A stretch of DNA of 64,000 nucleotides from Octopus sinensis (GCF_006345805.1 NC_043001.1:89962001-90026000), one strand, 5' to 3'; numbered from the stretch's first letter, positions 1 to 13,932 are shown. Made by a program: numbers and translations. Notes: generated from the letters alone by a model not told the origin.

Positions 1-571
1 AAGAAAGCATTCGATTCTTTTTTCCGTCTTGTGGATGTTAGAGACCTTTCGACTTGCTAAAGTTCCAGTTACCTTTATCAAAGCTGTAGAGAGCCTCACT
101 TCGTCCTGGGCCATCATTATAAAGTAAAATATAGGAAGTGTTTATGGTGTTACTCATAGGTTACAGTATTACAGAGGTACATTTCAGGTAATAGTCTCTC
201 TCTCTCTCTCTCTCTGATGTTATTTATACTTCCAGTAACCCACCTGTCCTTTTTGTTAAGGACATCTGAAGGATATGCGATTGAATACAGAAATACCTAT
301 CAAACACATTGTGTCATTGTGGACGATCTATAAATATATTTTAAGTATATAGGTAGTGTAAAGAAAATCCCTAACCTACGTACGAACTTCTCTGGAAATG
401 GGAAAGGATTTGTCCGAGATATATGTTCTTACATGGTCGTAAAACGACAAACCCATTTTCTAAAATTATAACAGTAATCAGACTATTTCTTAGCTATCGA
501 ATAAGTGCAACGGGTATTTTTCTTCACTCTTTCCTTACTTCTCAACTACTTTTCTCTTTATCCTTATGCTT

Positions 572-608
572 TCTTCTGGTGATGGACTAATGTCCGAAAC
601 GTTAAGAT
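572..608 (+). ncRNA. Degenerate minimal hammerhead ribozyme motif (PLE-type)
   Basis: tctt-CTGgTGA-t-GGAC-taat-GTCC-GAAACGTT-aaga: near-complete core with one mismatch, 4-bp stem II, palindromic AACGTT stem III, tctt/aaga stem I. Confidence 0.55.
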
Positions 609-904
609 TCTTTCCATTCTTTTTAAAGCATTAAACTTATATATGATAGATGTGCATAGTTTTTACAAACAGAACAATGTACGTAATTATATAGAAAGAT
701 AACTGCATACATACATACATACATACATGTGTGTGTATGTGTGTGTGTGTATTTATGATTGCATTACAACTCATGGTTGATTACCATTGTCACAAATGTT
801 ATACAATGTATGTTATGAAAAAACAACTAGAAGCAAGTGAGAGCTCATTTTCTAGAATAAAGCAACAGAATTCCGTGTAGTTTCTAAGGTGGCTTTACTC
901 AGTT

Positions 905-1250
905 GTTCAATATTTTAGATTTTTATAACCTCGAGTAAAGCTTCTAGAACCTTTGAGAATAATACATGGCGGGAATTTACACAACTTCCTGTAAAGTCTA
1001 CTGCCTTTAATTGCAACATGCGAGCCGATGTTGGGTAGTAGAGAAACTTTTACATGAACATTAATGCTTTGTATGGTGAAATTTGGTTCAAGGAGCTGGT
1101 AATGCAATTTGTAGAAATACACTTAAGTTGTGGTTCTTAACTGGAAATGTGAACGAAGAGGTTCGAATTGAAGTAGAGAGCTGCTACGGGTGTTCAGAAT
1201 ATGAATTAGCATAAAATTCTGGTGACAGGTTTTTAAATTTAGATTACTTT
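905..1250 (-). mobile_element. Degraded Penelope-like retroelement RT fragment
   Basis: Minus strand gives KPVT..(fs)..FYANSYSEHP, resembling the PLE motif KPTxTxxYLxxxSxHP. Confidence 0.35.
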
Positions 1251-1515
1251 AAAGTAAGAAGTTGGTATCATAGACCTAAAGGCAGTCTCAAGCGGGTTGG
1301 TATTAAAAGATTCGTAAATGTAACAAGTGGCAGGCGTTCAGATGAGAGACAAACTGTATTTCTTTCCAAAATATTGAAAGAAAAAAATGAAGAAATTCAC
1401 TGACTTTCATGACAATCAAAGATGTCACATTAAGAGGATTTATAATAGCTTTTAAAAATGGAATCCCTGAAGAGTACGGTTTAATATTTCTTTTGGAACA
1501 TTCATTTATACAGTT

Positions 1516-1544
1516 GTGTGTGTGTATGTATGTATATGTATATG

Positions 1545-1576
<32 letters not shown>

Positions 1577-1589
1577 TGTAGTATGTATG

Positions 1590-1621
<32 letters not shown>

Positions 1622-1641
1622 TGTATGTATCTATCTATCTA

Positions 1642-1715
<74 letters not shown>

Positions 1716-1760
1716 GAGGAGGGAGAGAGAGAGAAAGAAAGAAAGAAAGAGAGAGAGAGA
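1516..1760. repeat. Compound microsatellite (TATG)n-(TATC)n-(TA)n-(GA)n, representative of dozens in the window
   Basis: Directly visible. Similar tracts at 3.5, 6.9, 8.2-8.6, 12.8-13.5, 25.4-27, 28.6-29.2, 36, 41.5-44.2, 45.8-47.1, 52.6, 57.4 and 59.5 kb. Confidence 0.98.
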
Positions 1761-1845
1761 AATTCAGTGCCAGTAATTACTTCCATATCAAGATTTAACA
1801 CAGGAAAATTGTAAGGGAGTAATAGATAGTAGGGAAAGACGAAGG

Positions 1846-1877
<32 letters not shown>

Positions 1878-3164
1878 AAGAGAGAGAGAAAAAATATAAT
1901 TAAGTGTCTCACTGTATGGATGTATTTGTACACACACATACATATACACATGTACGCGCGCACACACACACATATATCTATATACTTACACATACATCTA
2001 TTAGCTATTAGCAACACAAGCAATCTTTGTAACGAATATTAATTTGCATAGCTAACTTAACTTGGATATGTTGTTTTAAATGTCTTAAGCTGTAGTACAC
2101 ATCCTGAGGAAACGTCTTGTATAAACGTTAAGTCCTAAACAGCACAGATTATATCAGCAGACAAAATTTCATTCGCATCGGCGGATGGGACAGTTGTATT
2201 GCGTGATTTCGGCAACAGACACCCAATCACTGAAGGGCAGACCAAAATTTCATCAAACCGATGTCACAAAAACCTGGCGGTGTGTGTATAAATTAACTAT
2301 TAGCAGCGGAAGCAGTTTTTGTGACGAATGTTAATTTGAACATAAACTCATGTATATTCATGCTGGGATGACTATGCCGTAAATTGTAGGTATCTTTTCT
2401 GTTTGGATATCTCAGAGTTTATTCAAAATTTTAAAATTTGGTGTATTAATGTAGATCTCTAAACTGAACCTCAGAAGATATTTAATTTTTTCCAGAAAAG
2501 TTTTTTAAAGAAATTTAAAGAGGTTTAAAATTTGATAATTTTCACCCAGTCAGAAAACAGGATTTACAAGCTGTCATTTTGTGCGTGACGTGTTTTAATA
2601 TGAGATTGTAAATGAATCAAATTCTGCTTTACGCACAACATATATCCCCTCGTAACATTATTTTCGGAATTTTCAGAAAATCTGTGCGAATTTGTATTCT
2701 ACACTCGGGAATTTATACGATTATGTAAAAACCAGAAAAAGACAATTGGATGGGTGTGATTAAAGGCCAATTTGGCTGTTATTTTAGGCACATCTCTCGA
2801 CCAGGGTACAAGCAGCAGATGGACATATTTCGCGTAGAATATATCTCTCAACACGTACTGTCTCGCAGATAAAAGAGTTCTCATGCTTGGCATGTTATTA
2901 TGGAAACAGGCATGAATGTGTCTGTGACTTACGATTGGCTAAAATTACTCGAACTTTGCAAACGTTAAAAGCTAATAACTCTTTATTTATTGATTTGTGG
3001 TGAAAATGAATTTCATGGCATTGATTAGCATATAAAACTACATCATTAAACCAAATATGAAATCAATTCGAACAGAAATTGAAGAGATTGAACATTGGTA
3101 GCCAAACACTGCGTAAGTAGCTTGCTTACCAACCATGTGGCAAGCTACTTACCACACAGCCACT

Positions 3165-3216
<52 letters not shown>

Positions 3217-3496
3217 CAAAATAAGCAACAAGAATTACTCCGATAATTTGGTACGATCGTTTCATACTACATCATTTTATTAAATGTTGTAAGTATTACA
3301 ACAGTTTCAATATGCTGAGCACTCTTCAGCCAATTATAGAGGTTTTCCATTAAAACCTCTATAGTTGCTTATTTTGATTATAATCACCCCACGGATTTTA
3401 TGGATCACACCATACAGAATTCTGGTGCGTCTAAATTAAGTACCATATTCATTGAATCTAAATTTTTGCGGAACTTATATATATATATATACATAC

Positions 3497-3604
<108 letters not shown>

Positions 3605-4379
3605 CGAACTAAAACTACCACTAATAATGTAATACGCAAAATTATAACGTAGTTGCATTAGTTAAACGGTATATAATTGATGTGTTTGTGAAATGTCACG
3701 ACATGCGTCGGCTTGTTGATTTAGTCATTTATCCATCAGGAAACTCTTGGTAAGAAAGCAATATTCATGTGTAAATTATGCATAGATATTTATAGATACC
3801 AGTATATGCACATACCTATAATATTTGTGAGTGTGTCTACATATGTGTATGTGCTTTTATGTATGTATATACACACGTACACACACACACAAACACACTA
3901 TTGATTGATGTTTGTTTTTACGAAGCTTTGTATTAAAACAATTTGATACTAAACTGAAAGATTGCTCAATGCCTTTTAGTGGAGTATATATTTATTAATT
4001 TTTACAAGGAAAAAGCTGACGGTGACTTTGAATGCTTGTCTGATGACATTGAGCACACCAAAATTTCGAAGTCGCTGTCAAATCTTTTCCTTGTAAAAAA
4101 TTAATACATGTATACAAGTATATGTCTCGCCTGTATATGTGACTTGCAGGTATTTTAACACCCAGTGCTCAGAGCGTTGTCCACAGCGAACCGGCGAAGA
4201 AGAAAAACACAATATGTTCAGTCGATACTATATATATATACATATAAGACTGGTTTAGCTTAAACATTTGTAGGAAAGCGAAAAGAAGAAGAAGAAGAAG
4301 AAGAAGAAGAAGAAGAAGAAGAAGAAGAAGAAGAAGAGAAGAAGAAGAAGAAGAAGAAGAAGAAGAAGAAGAAGAAGAA

Positions 4380-4572
4380 ATGTTTCATAAGGGCCGGTTT
4401 CCCGGTTTCAGTGGCGTAGAAATTCCCCACCTGGACGGGACGCCGATCTGTCGCAGGATTACTCATTTTTGCCAGCTGAGTGGACTGCTCAAGAATACAA
4501 TGCATCGCTCGGTCCAGGAGTCGAAACTACAATCTTACGATCATGAGTCCAACACCCTAACCACTAAGCCAC
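4380..4572 (-). mobile_element. tRNA-derived SINE, family A, partial
   Basis: Minus strand starts tggcttagtggttagggtg (A-box); shares ccactcagctggcaaaaatgagt with the other family A copies. Confidence 0.75.
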
Positions 4573-5191
4573 AGGAAAGCGAGGGTAGGACGTAATTCCA
4601 TTAGGTAGTGGTGCTGAGAAGGAACGACTGGGAGACTATTTAGTGCTTTGGGTTTGAGAAATGTGTCATTGTGTGGATGATAGAAGGCGTAGAGAAGGTA
4701 TTTATCAGGTAGCTATGGAGATTAATAGTTCAGTGAAACAAGCAGTTGTAGTAACGATTGAAGAGACGGAGGGGAGACATGCCCGTGGGATACTGATCGA
4801 AGGATGGTGTTAGTGAGAGAATTATTGCGAATCAGTTGATTAATCATCGTTGGTCTGTGCTCTAAAATGCCAGTCTATGCTGCAACAGTAGCTACACGGT
4901 CTCATGGATGAGAGCAGTATTCCAGTGTGGGTTTTATTCGATCGTTGTGAAAGGTTAACAATAATAATCCGAATTTCTACAAATTCCGAATCCTTCTATA
5001 TTGCTAATTTAATTCTCCATGTTTATGAACATCCATGTTTATGAACGTCCATGTTTATGAACTATATACACAAGTCCGAATTAAATTAGACATGGAAAAC
5101 GCTCAATATTTCCAATCTGCTTTTCCCTTGTTCAGTCTAAGTTTTTGATATTTGTTCTAATAGTGCGATTATTGATAAATTATTAAAAAAA

Positions 5192-5515
5192 AAAGACTCC
5201 GCCGGTTACGGCGACGAGGGTCCCAGCTGATACGATCAACGGAACAGCTTGCTCGTGAAATTAACGTGCAAATGGCTGAGCATTCCACAGACACGTGTAC
5301 CCTTAACGTAGTTCTCGGGGATAATCAGCGTGACACAGAGAGTGACAAGGCTGACCCTTTGAAATACAAGTACAACTCATTTTTGCCAGCTGAGTGGACT
5401 GGAGCAACGTGAAATAAAGTGTCTTGCTCAAGGACACAACGCGTCGCCGGGAATCGAACTCACGACCTTACGATCATGAGCCGAATGCCCTAACCACTAA
5501 GCCACGCGCCCTCAC
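5192..5515 (-). mobile_element. tRNA-derived SINE, family A, near full length
   Basis: A-box tggcttagtggttag and B-box gagttcgattccc on the minus strand; A-rich tail; homologous to 32557-32870. Confidence 0.85.
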
Positions 5516-5553
5516 TTGATAAATTATAATTAGCTGATGTCTGTTTTGATGGG

Positions 5554-5895
5554 TGAAGACGCATGGCTCAGTAGTTAGAGAGTCGGGCTCACGATCACGA
5601 GGTAGTGAGTTCGATCCCTGGACCTGGTTGTATGTTGTGTTCTTAAGCAAGACACTTTATTTCAAGTTGCACCTGTTCAATCAGCTGTAGAAATGAGTTG
5701 CGACATCACTGGTGCCAAGCTGTATCGGCTTTTGCCTTTCCTTTGGACAACATCGGTGGCGTGGAAAGGGGAGGCTGATATGCACAGGCGACTGCAGGTC
5801 TTCCATAAACACTTTTACTGGACTTGTGCTTTGGAGGGTAACTTTCAAGGTGCAATCGCATGACCATTCATGACCGAAGAGGGTCTTTACCCTAT
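5554..5895 (+). mobile_element. tRNA-derived SINE, family A variant with a different 3' half
   Basis: tggctcagtagttagag ... gagttcgatccc; same head and core as 5192-5515, in divergent orientation. Confidence 0.85.
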
Positions 5896-6235
5896 ATTCG
5901 GATGAACAAGAAAAAAAGTATGATGTGTTATGTTTATGCCATTCTTCATACATATTGAGTGATATTTAGAATACAAACGATTTTAGTAAAGAGAGGAGCT
6001 TACGAGTTCTGATGTACAGATAACATACAAATTGAAACAAGCTGATTTCCAAAATTGGTGTGACGCCGGAAATTTTGAGGGAAACTGCAGTTGATTAAAA
6101 AGCCTCAGTTTATTATTGGTACTTATTTTGTTGCCTTATAGAATGCTAGAAGATAAAGACGATCTTTACTCAATAAGTAACTAAAAATTGCTCTCTCGAT
6201 TCCATTAACCCACTGACTTTATAAGATGAAAAATA

Positions 6236-6436
6236 TCGGTTTCAAATCTTGGCACAAGTCGAGCCAGTTCGGGGATGGGGTTAGACGATTACATTGACCC
6301 CAATGTTCAACTGGTATTCATTTTATGAAAGGCAGAGTTGATCACCGCGGAATCTGAATTCAGAACGCAAAGAAGAAGGAAATGCCGCAAAGCATTTTGA
6401 CCGGTGCAGTAACGATTCTGCCAGCTCGCCGCTTTG
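6236..6436 (-). mobile_element. SINE family B
   Basis: Reverse complement of the ggcggcgagctggcagaa...ttctgaattcagattccg head seen in many copies. Confidence 0.75.
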
Positions 6437-6889
6437 ATAAGATGAATAATATTCCGAACAAAATATGATGAGAGGAAGCGTAAAACTTCCTGCAATCCCA
6501 GTCAGTGACATTGTTTAAACTTCCACATGACTCACACGCATGACCGACTTAGGAGGGAATGCGGTTGAGACGTTTCGGCGCAGCCGTGCTGGTACCGCCT
6601 ATTTGGCGTCGCGGATTCTACACCGACTCACTTGGTATTTGATGATTTAATATTTCCTTCTCCCATTTCTCTCACTGTCTGTGTGTGTAAGCATATTTCT
6701 TCTCATGTGAGTGAGGATAGGAAAAGTGTATATGTCAGCCGTATTTGATTAATAAATTGTAACGTCTCTTTCTCTCCCTCTTTCCTCCCACTCTCTTTAC
6801 TCTATGTATATATTTCTATGCATGAGTGCGTATGCATGCACATGTGTGTGTGAGAGAAAGAGGGAGAGAGGGAGATAGTGTGTGTGTGA

Positions 6890-6928
<39 letters not shown>

Positions 6929-7045
6929 TGTGTGTATGAGAGAAAGAGAGAGAAAGTATGTGTGAGAGAAAGAGAGAGAGAGAGAGATTATGTATGAGAG
7001 AAAGAGAGAGAGAGTATGTATGAGAGAAAGAGAGAGAGTATGTAT

Positions 7046-7084
<39 letters not shown>

Positions 7085-7493
7085 AGTGTGTATGTGTGTT
7101 TGCATTCAGTGCCAAAAAGTACTGTTGCTAAGCATAAAGAGGAGTGGTGCGTGCTTTTCTGGGTGTGTGTACGTGTGTAGAGGTGTTTAAGTCCGGCAGT
7201 ATAGTGGTGTAGGTTAGTAGGGGTATGAAGTGTGTGTGTGTGTGTGTGTGTAGTCGTATATGTGTGAGGAGCCTACGACAGTTAGGCGAAACTACTCTAG
7301 CCTAGTGATTGTAGAGACGCTCATGGGGCGGTTATCTCCCCTGTTAATGTATATGTCTATATATATTGCGCGCTTCTTACAGCATTAAGACTTTTTTTTC
7401 TTATTTCTTGCAACATAGGTGCTTCGGCACCTTCAGTCACTATTAGTGACGATAAAAGTTTTCCTTTGTCGTATTATATTGCGCTTAGCTGTT

Positions 7494-7542
<49 letters not shown>

Positions 7543-8194
7543 CTATTTATACAACTAGTACATCGGTTACATAACACACACACATATGTATATGTATGTA
7601 TATATAATGTAATTTATGTACTAGTGGTTTAAACAGGGTAAATTTAACTATTTAGTCATAAATTGACACACTTATGTATTCATGTATGTATGTATCATAA
7701 AATGTACATTCTAGTGGCACCATACTAACGAGGGGTTAGTCGAGGTATGGAAATATATCTCTCAGTGTGCAGTTTAATCTTGCAGGGGAGTGAAATAAGT
7801 TAGATATATCGAACGTTCCAGGCAACATTCTCGTGTGAAGCGCTGCCAGATCAATTTCAAAAAATAGAGCAAAAAAGTTTCACAAATTATCGGAATGTAA
7901 CAGAAAGCAGCCTAAAATGAGAATGCCTGTAGTTTGACTGACTTTGATTTCTCAGTATCACCTCATCGAAGTTGAACTTTAGAAATTTTGAAAAGTCTGT
8001 TAACAGCTATCAATTGGATAATCACAGCACCCTGCCGAGAATCTCTCCGAATTTTGTTCCATATATATGATTTAAAGATATATTTCAGTAAACGGAATTT
8101 TTATGATTATCATTCTCTCTCAGACTCTCTCACTATATAAATAAATAAATATATATATCAAACACACACATCATAGATGTATGTACGTACGTAC

Positions 8195-8225
<31 letters not shown>

Positions 8226-9057
8226 TGTATGTATGTATGTATGTATGTATGTATGTATGTATGTATGTATGTATGTATGTCATTATTCAGTTTTATTTCA
8301 AAATTTCTTGTCAATAAAGAGCCGGCTTCTAACCTAGACCCAGGGCTCCCTCATTGGAATTTCAGCAACGTCAACAGGGAAGTTTTGTATGTATGTATGT
8401 ATGTATGTATTTATGTATGTATGTATGTATGTATGTATGTATGTATGCATTCATGCATGCATGCATGTATGTATGTATGTATGTATGTATGTATGTATGT
8501 ATGTATGTATGTATGTATGTATGTATGCATGCATGTATGTATGTATGTATGTATGAATGCATGTATTTATGTATGTATGTATGTATGTATGTATGTATGT
8601 ATGTATCTATGTATGAATGCATGCATGTATGCATGTATGTATGTATATGTGCAGTATTTAGAGCCAGTGCAAGTGCAGATTTGTATGTTTTGTTTTATGT
8701 TTGTATTCTCTTGTATATAGTTAGAAAAAAAACCCCATATCTTTAAGTGTTGAATTCACCATACAATGCCAACTATCGTTTCTGTTGTATCAACATAATT
8801 AGATAGAGAAAATTCCATTCAAATTGATATATCCGAAAATACACGTTAACACAACGTTTTCATGGCGATTCAAAATTTAGTTAAGTTCAAAGTGAACAAA
8901 GAAGGTATTTCCAGTACACGAACGTATGCAAAAACCGCCTGCCCCCTCCCAATGCTTTTAGAAGAAATATAATATTCTAAGGAAAGCTATTTTAGTATCC
9001 AGCTTTCGGCGACGTCAGTGGATAACGAAAGAATATAAAAAAAGTACGTTCGCTACT

Positions 9058-9795
9058 TCACCAGGTACGGGTGGCCTCTAAAGAGAAAGTCCTTATCCTA
9101 GGTTCGCCGATCCTCCCGTCTGCCATTCGTTCCACCCTCAGGTTTAAGCTTCTGCAGCTTGTAAGATTGACAGACAGACTGAAGGTTATCGATGCTCCCC
9201 CAGTACTGTTCCTGTTAAGGAACTGCTTCGCCATGCTGAAGCTACTGTGTACCCTCCGCAGTTCCCCCTCCAACAGCCACATATCTTTTTTCACGGATCT
9301 CAACCTTTGTATTCAACGGGTCGCCGAAGAAATATGCAACGTTTGTTTTCGACGACACTGGATGGCAACAGGCCACCTCACCCATCAAATATGGTGGCCT
9401 CGGTCTTCGATCTTTACTCTCACTGGCTCAACCGGCTTTTCTTTTGTCGGTGACCTCTTGTGTCCTCATTAACAGGGTTCTTCATAACACAACTGAACCG
9501 TTTGTAATTGGGGAACGCGAGGTGGCCTACGCGACATTAAGCCAGCTGACGTCCATCTCCTCTCTCTCCTCTATGGGTGTCTGGTCTCTCAAAAGAAATA
9601 AGACGCCATCCAGTCTAGCATGATCATGGACGAGTTAGTGCGCCGACTTGACCTGCACCGTCTGGCATGTTTCCGCTCAACTTCCGAGCTTCACAGCGGA
9701 GCTTGGCTCAATGCAGTGCCATCACTCAGCTTGATAGCAACTGACTGCGCCTCATGAATGCCGTTGCGGATTTACGTTTCGGACGTTAGTTTTTC
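9058..9795 (+). mobile_element. CRE-like non-LTR retrotransposon fragment (RT C-terminal region)
   Basis: Motifs LGSPI, LLRNCFAMLKLLCTLRSSP, WQQATSPIKYGGLGLRS (after a frameshift) and SGAWLNAVPS. Confidence 0.7.
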
Positions 9796-9799
9796 GTTG

Positions 9800-10600
9800 G
9801 AAGAAAGACATTGGAGTAATAAAAATAACAAAAAAAGTATAATGGTGTAGGTTTGTAGAGGTATGAAGTGTGCATGTGTGTAATCGTATATGTGTGAAAA
9901 AAACGTGAAAGTGAAAAGATGGGAGCAAGTGCGAGTGTGAGGTAAAGAGAAAGGCAAGAGAAATGCGGAGGGAGAGCTCAAACTGTATGCAAGGGTTTAC
10001 ATGTGAGACGCAGTTGCATGGAAGTAAAGCACGAAGAACGGAACGAAAGAGGGAGAAAAGGTGAGAGTTCAGGGACAGAAAAAAGGTGTGAGAAGAATAA
10101 GACTTATTCTTTCTCAAAATTGTTCTCATTCTTCTCTCATTCCTCTCTTTGAACTCCGACCTCTTCACCGTCATTCGTTTCCTCGCTCATGCCTTCCTTC
10201 CATGCAACAGTGTCTCATACCCATACCCTCTCATACAGTTCGGTTACATCTTCCATATTACTTATGTCTTTCCTTTTATCTCACACCCACACCAGCTCCC
10301 ATATCCTCAGTTTTACGCTTTCCTAATACACAATGCGATTACACACACAAACACCACTCCTCCCTTATATCCTTCTCAAAATACTGTACGCTTCCTCTAC
10401 TCCCTACCTCTCTCTTCCTATAAAACACTATTCTCACCTGGCTTCTAACTTCTGGCCCATTTTCTTTCTTTTTAATTGCTTTTTCTCTTTCTCATTCCAT
10501 CTAACTTTTTCTTCTGACGACGAACAAACAATCGAAACGTTAAAGCTATTTTCCTTCTTTCTTCCAAGCGTTAATGTAATACAATATTTGTTAAAATATA
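9800..10600. repeat. Large diverged inverted repeat ending in a hammerhead-like tail (PLE-type remnant)
   Basis: gagacgcagttgcatggaagtaaagca (~10005) pairs with tgccttccttccatgcaacagtgtctc (~10190); centre near 10103; CTGACGA...GAAACGTT at 10514-10541. Confidence 0.6.
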
Positions 10601-11275
10601 TCACCTATGGTCATAAACGTTGGGTAATGGCTGAAAGAGTATGATCGCAAATACAAGACGGACCCTCAAAGTCGAGCCAACTGGCAGGAGACTTTGGGGT
10701 AAGTTAAGAACGAGGTGGTTAGTTAACTGCTACACTTAGGAATCCAACTGGAAAATCTTATGACATTTGCTTCTGATGGGACCTTATGGAGGAAGTGCCT
10801 GAGGATTCAACACAATCCCGATCCTCCCAGGAATAAATGTCGGAGAAGATAGACGGATGAATGCATGTGTGTGTGTATTTTGTGTGTGCGTGCGCGTCTA
10901 AAATAGTTATCATAGTAGTGGTGGTGGTGATATATAAAGTAATGGCTGACTCGATAAGTAAGGTAATGGCGAAATGTGAATATGGACGGCTGCCAAGTGA
11001 TATTTGACTCCAACGACCACGTGTTCCATAATGTAAAGGGAAATATGAGCTCTAAATCATAAATGTAGTTGAAATATATGTTATAATCATGATAATAATT
11101 ACATCTGAATGGAACAGAAGCTTTTACGAGATAGTCGTGGGAGTTTCAACGGACACCGTTAACTAATGATATTTTAAAGAACTGTTGTCTGGTCGAGTAA
11201 GACTTTAAACAAGAATCAACTAATTTCAAATACTGTTAAAAGATTTAAAATAACCTTTCAACTCGAAATAAAAAA

Positions 11276-11436
11276 TGGTGAGCTGGCAGAAACGTCAGCA
11301 CGCCAGGAGAAATGCTTAGCAGTATTTCGTCTGTCTTTATGTTCTGAGTTCAAATTCTGAATACTGGGTCGGTCTAATCAACTGGTCCCCTCCACCAAAA
11401 CTTCGGGCCTTGTGCCTAGGGTAGAAAAGAATATTA
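11276..11436 (+). mobile_element. SINE family B, internally deleted
   Basis: ggtgagctggcagaaacgtcagcacgcc...gttctgagttcaaattc...gggccttgtgcctagg. Confidence 0.8.
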
Positions 11437-11459
11437 TTTTATACCTTATCATATAATTA

Positions 11460-11970
11460 TCACAGCCATAGGACTTTGGTCATGCTGGAGCACTGTCTTG
11501 AAGTTTTAGTCGAACAAATAGACCCTAGTTCTTATTTGTAAGTCTGGTATTTATTCTATCATGTTCTTTTGCCGAACCACTAAGTATACCTATACCTGTT
11601 GTCAAACGTTAGTGATGGTGACAAACACAAAATGCGCATACACACATACGCACACATGCATACATACAAACAAACAAACATACATACATACATACATACA
11701 TACATACATACATACATACATACATACAAACAAACATACATACATACATACATACATACATACATACATACATAGGTACATACATACATACGTACATGTA
11801 TACATACATACATACATACATACATACATACATACATACATACATACATACGTACATACATACCATCAAATACGTACATGTATATATACATAAATACATA
11901 CATATACATATATAATATATATATATATATATGGCTGGTTTCTACTCATTTTCCGTCTACCAAGTTCACT
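11460..11970 (-). mobile_element. SINE family C with an expanded internal (TACA)n microsatellite
   Basis: Tail (catgctggagcac...ttttgccgaacc) and body (ttccgtctaccaa) flank the microsatellite, as in 34163-34572 and 60520-60930. Confidence 0.7.
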
Positions 11971-11984
11971 TACAAAACAAAGAG

Positions 11985-12300
11985 ACAACTTTGTTTCGAT
12001 TCTGAAAAACTCAGAATATTTAGAAGTCTTGGCTGACTCGAAATGGTCAAATTTTTCTAAACCAGCGCCTAAACCAGTTAGAAGCAAACTGCTGCCCACA
12101 AGACTTTCTGCATGGCAGACTTAAAGAAAAATTGCCTTTCATTTTTCAGTGATGCTGCCCGCCTGATGATGAACCATGTCTCATGCGGTCCGTTTCGCGA
12201 AAAAGGTCGACCATGCCTGGCCTAAACCATGTAGATGAAATACAGAAACCATTGACTGGTCAAAAGTAGATCCGTGAAAAAGAAGGAAAATTGAAGAAAT
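11985..12300 (+). mobile_element. Possible Penelope-like 3' remnant (GIY-YIG C-terminus plus UTR)
   Basis: Frameshifted LRI-LEVL...KP-LNQ-like translation, followed by CTGATGA at ~12163. Confidence 0.3.
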
Positions 12301-12824
12301 GTACATATTGACTGCAGTACGACAAGCGCTTATGACATTAGAATTATAATCACAATTAATATCATAGATTCAAAGCATATTTTAACTGCACTGTGAAATA
12401 TAGAGCCCATTGTTAAATAACAGGGTACTCAAGTATCAGAGAAAGCGATTGAACCGATTAATCGATTATTCAGCTTTTCGGGTTGATATCTCACCCAGAC
12501 TACTGAGAACCATATCTCATACAGAGGCAAAAACTATGTTTAATAAACGTAGGATGTATATAATTTTATAACAATCTTCAGGAAAATGTTTATGCAGTAG
12601 TTTTAACAAATATTTACCTGAGAATTGTTATAAATATGAAAGTACTTGTGATATTATAAAAATCTATTTCGTAAAATTCTTAAAAAAACACTAAAATATA
12701 ATATGAAAATCAGAGAATGTTGAAATTTGATTTACTAACGCACATACACACACACGCACACACACATTCATATAAGTATGCACAAATACTCACTTACACA
12801 TTCAAATATGTATTCACACAGTTG

Positions 12825-12856
<32 letters not shown>

Positions 12857-12942
12857 TGTATGTATGTATGTATGTGTGTGTGTGTATGTATGTATGTATG
12901 TTGTTTTATTTATGTATGTATGTATGTATGTATGTATGTATG

Positions 12943-12981
<39 letters not shown>

Positions 12982-13219
12982 TATATATATATAATATATA
13001 TACTCTTATGTATGTATGTACACACGCGCAAATAATTACAAGTGACTATCAATAAAATGATTAATTACACATAACTTTGCGGTTCTTGTGAAACGTTTTC
13101 ACACTTAATCTTTACAGTTTTTATAATTCTATGTTCTATAATTATAAAGCACTCCATTAGTCATGCATACTTCCATACATGCATACATGCATACACACAC
13201 ACACATGTTATATATATAT

Positions 13220-13262
<43 letters not shown>

Positions 13263-13358
13263 CGATTTCACACCAGTGGTCTAGCATAAAAAAAAACTAG
13301 ACCATTGGTGTGAAATCGATGTTAATTAAATTAATATCAATTCTCACCCTTATTTTAA

Positions 13359-13402
<44 letters not shown>

Positions 13403-13442
13403 GCATACATATATATATGTGTTGTGTGTGTGTGCGTTTGAA

Positions 13443-13490
<48 letters not shown>

Positions 13491-13549
13491 CGTGTGTGTA
13501 AGCCACGGACACGTGCCGGGAGTGACTTACTCCTGATTAATAGTAAGTA

Positions 13550-13932
13550 TTAACAAGAACACTCAGAGAGCGCAAACCTCCGCCAAGGCAACACCAACAT
13601 CCTCTCAACGATTAGTTAGAGATGATTTTTAAAATGAGAATGCCTGAAATAAACTCGACTGCTCTCACAAACGAGAATACTGAAAATGAACCCGACCGTT
13701 CTCAAAAATTAACTAAAAAAAAAAAAACGAATAATAATCCAGAATCCTTGTCCGATGCGGGATCGATCCCAAAATCTAATCAGTTCGTGTCAATTACGAG
13801 GCCAAACATCCCTGAAAGGTTCATCCAAATCCATCCAGCGGTTCTTGAGATATCTTGTACATGGATAAACAAACAAACAAACAAACACGACTGAAAAACT
13901 ATACCACCGCCTTCGCTAAGGCGGAGGTAATA
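13550..13932. mobile_element. Non-autonomous Helentron/HINE-like element
   Basis: Subterminal acctccgcc (~13576) is inverted against ggcggaggt at the other end; terminal hairpin ccgcctt-cgct-aaggcgg; (AAAC)n tract; A/T-rich flanks. Confidence 0.65.

Noticed and set aside
2020-3110. Possible non-autonomous DNA transposon remnant with a short direct repeat
   Set aside because: Termini and TSD could not be defined.
5554-5630. tRNA-like sequences with A and B boxes
   Set aside because: These are SINE heads that continue into the SINE core; no complete cloverleaf.
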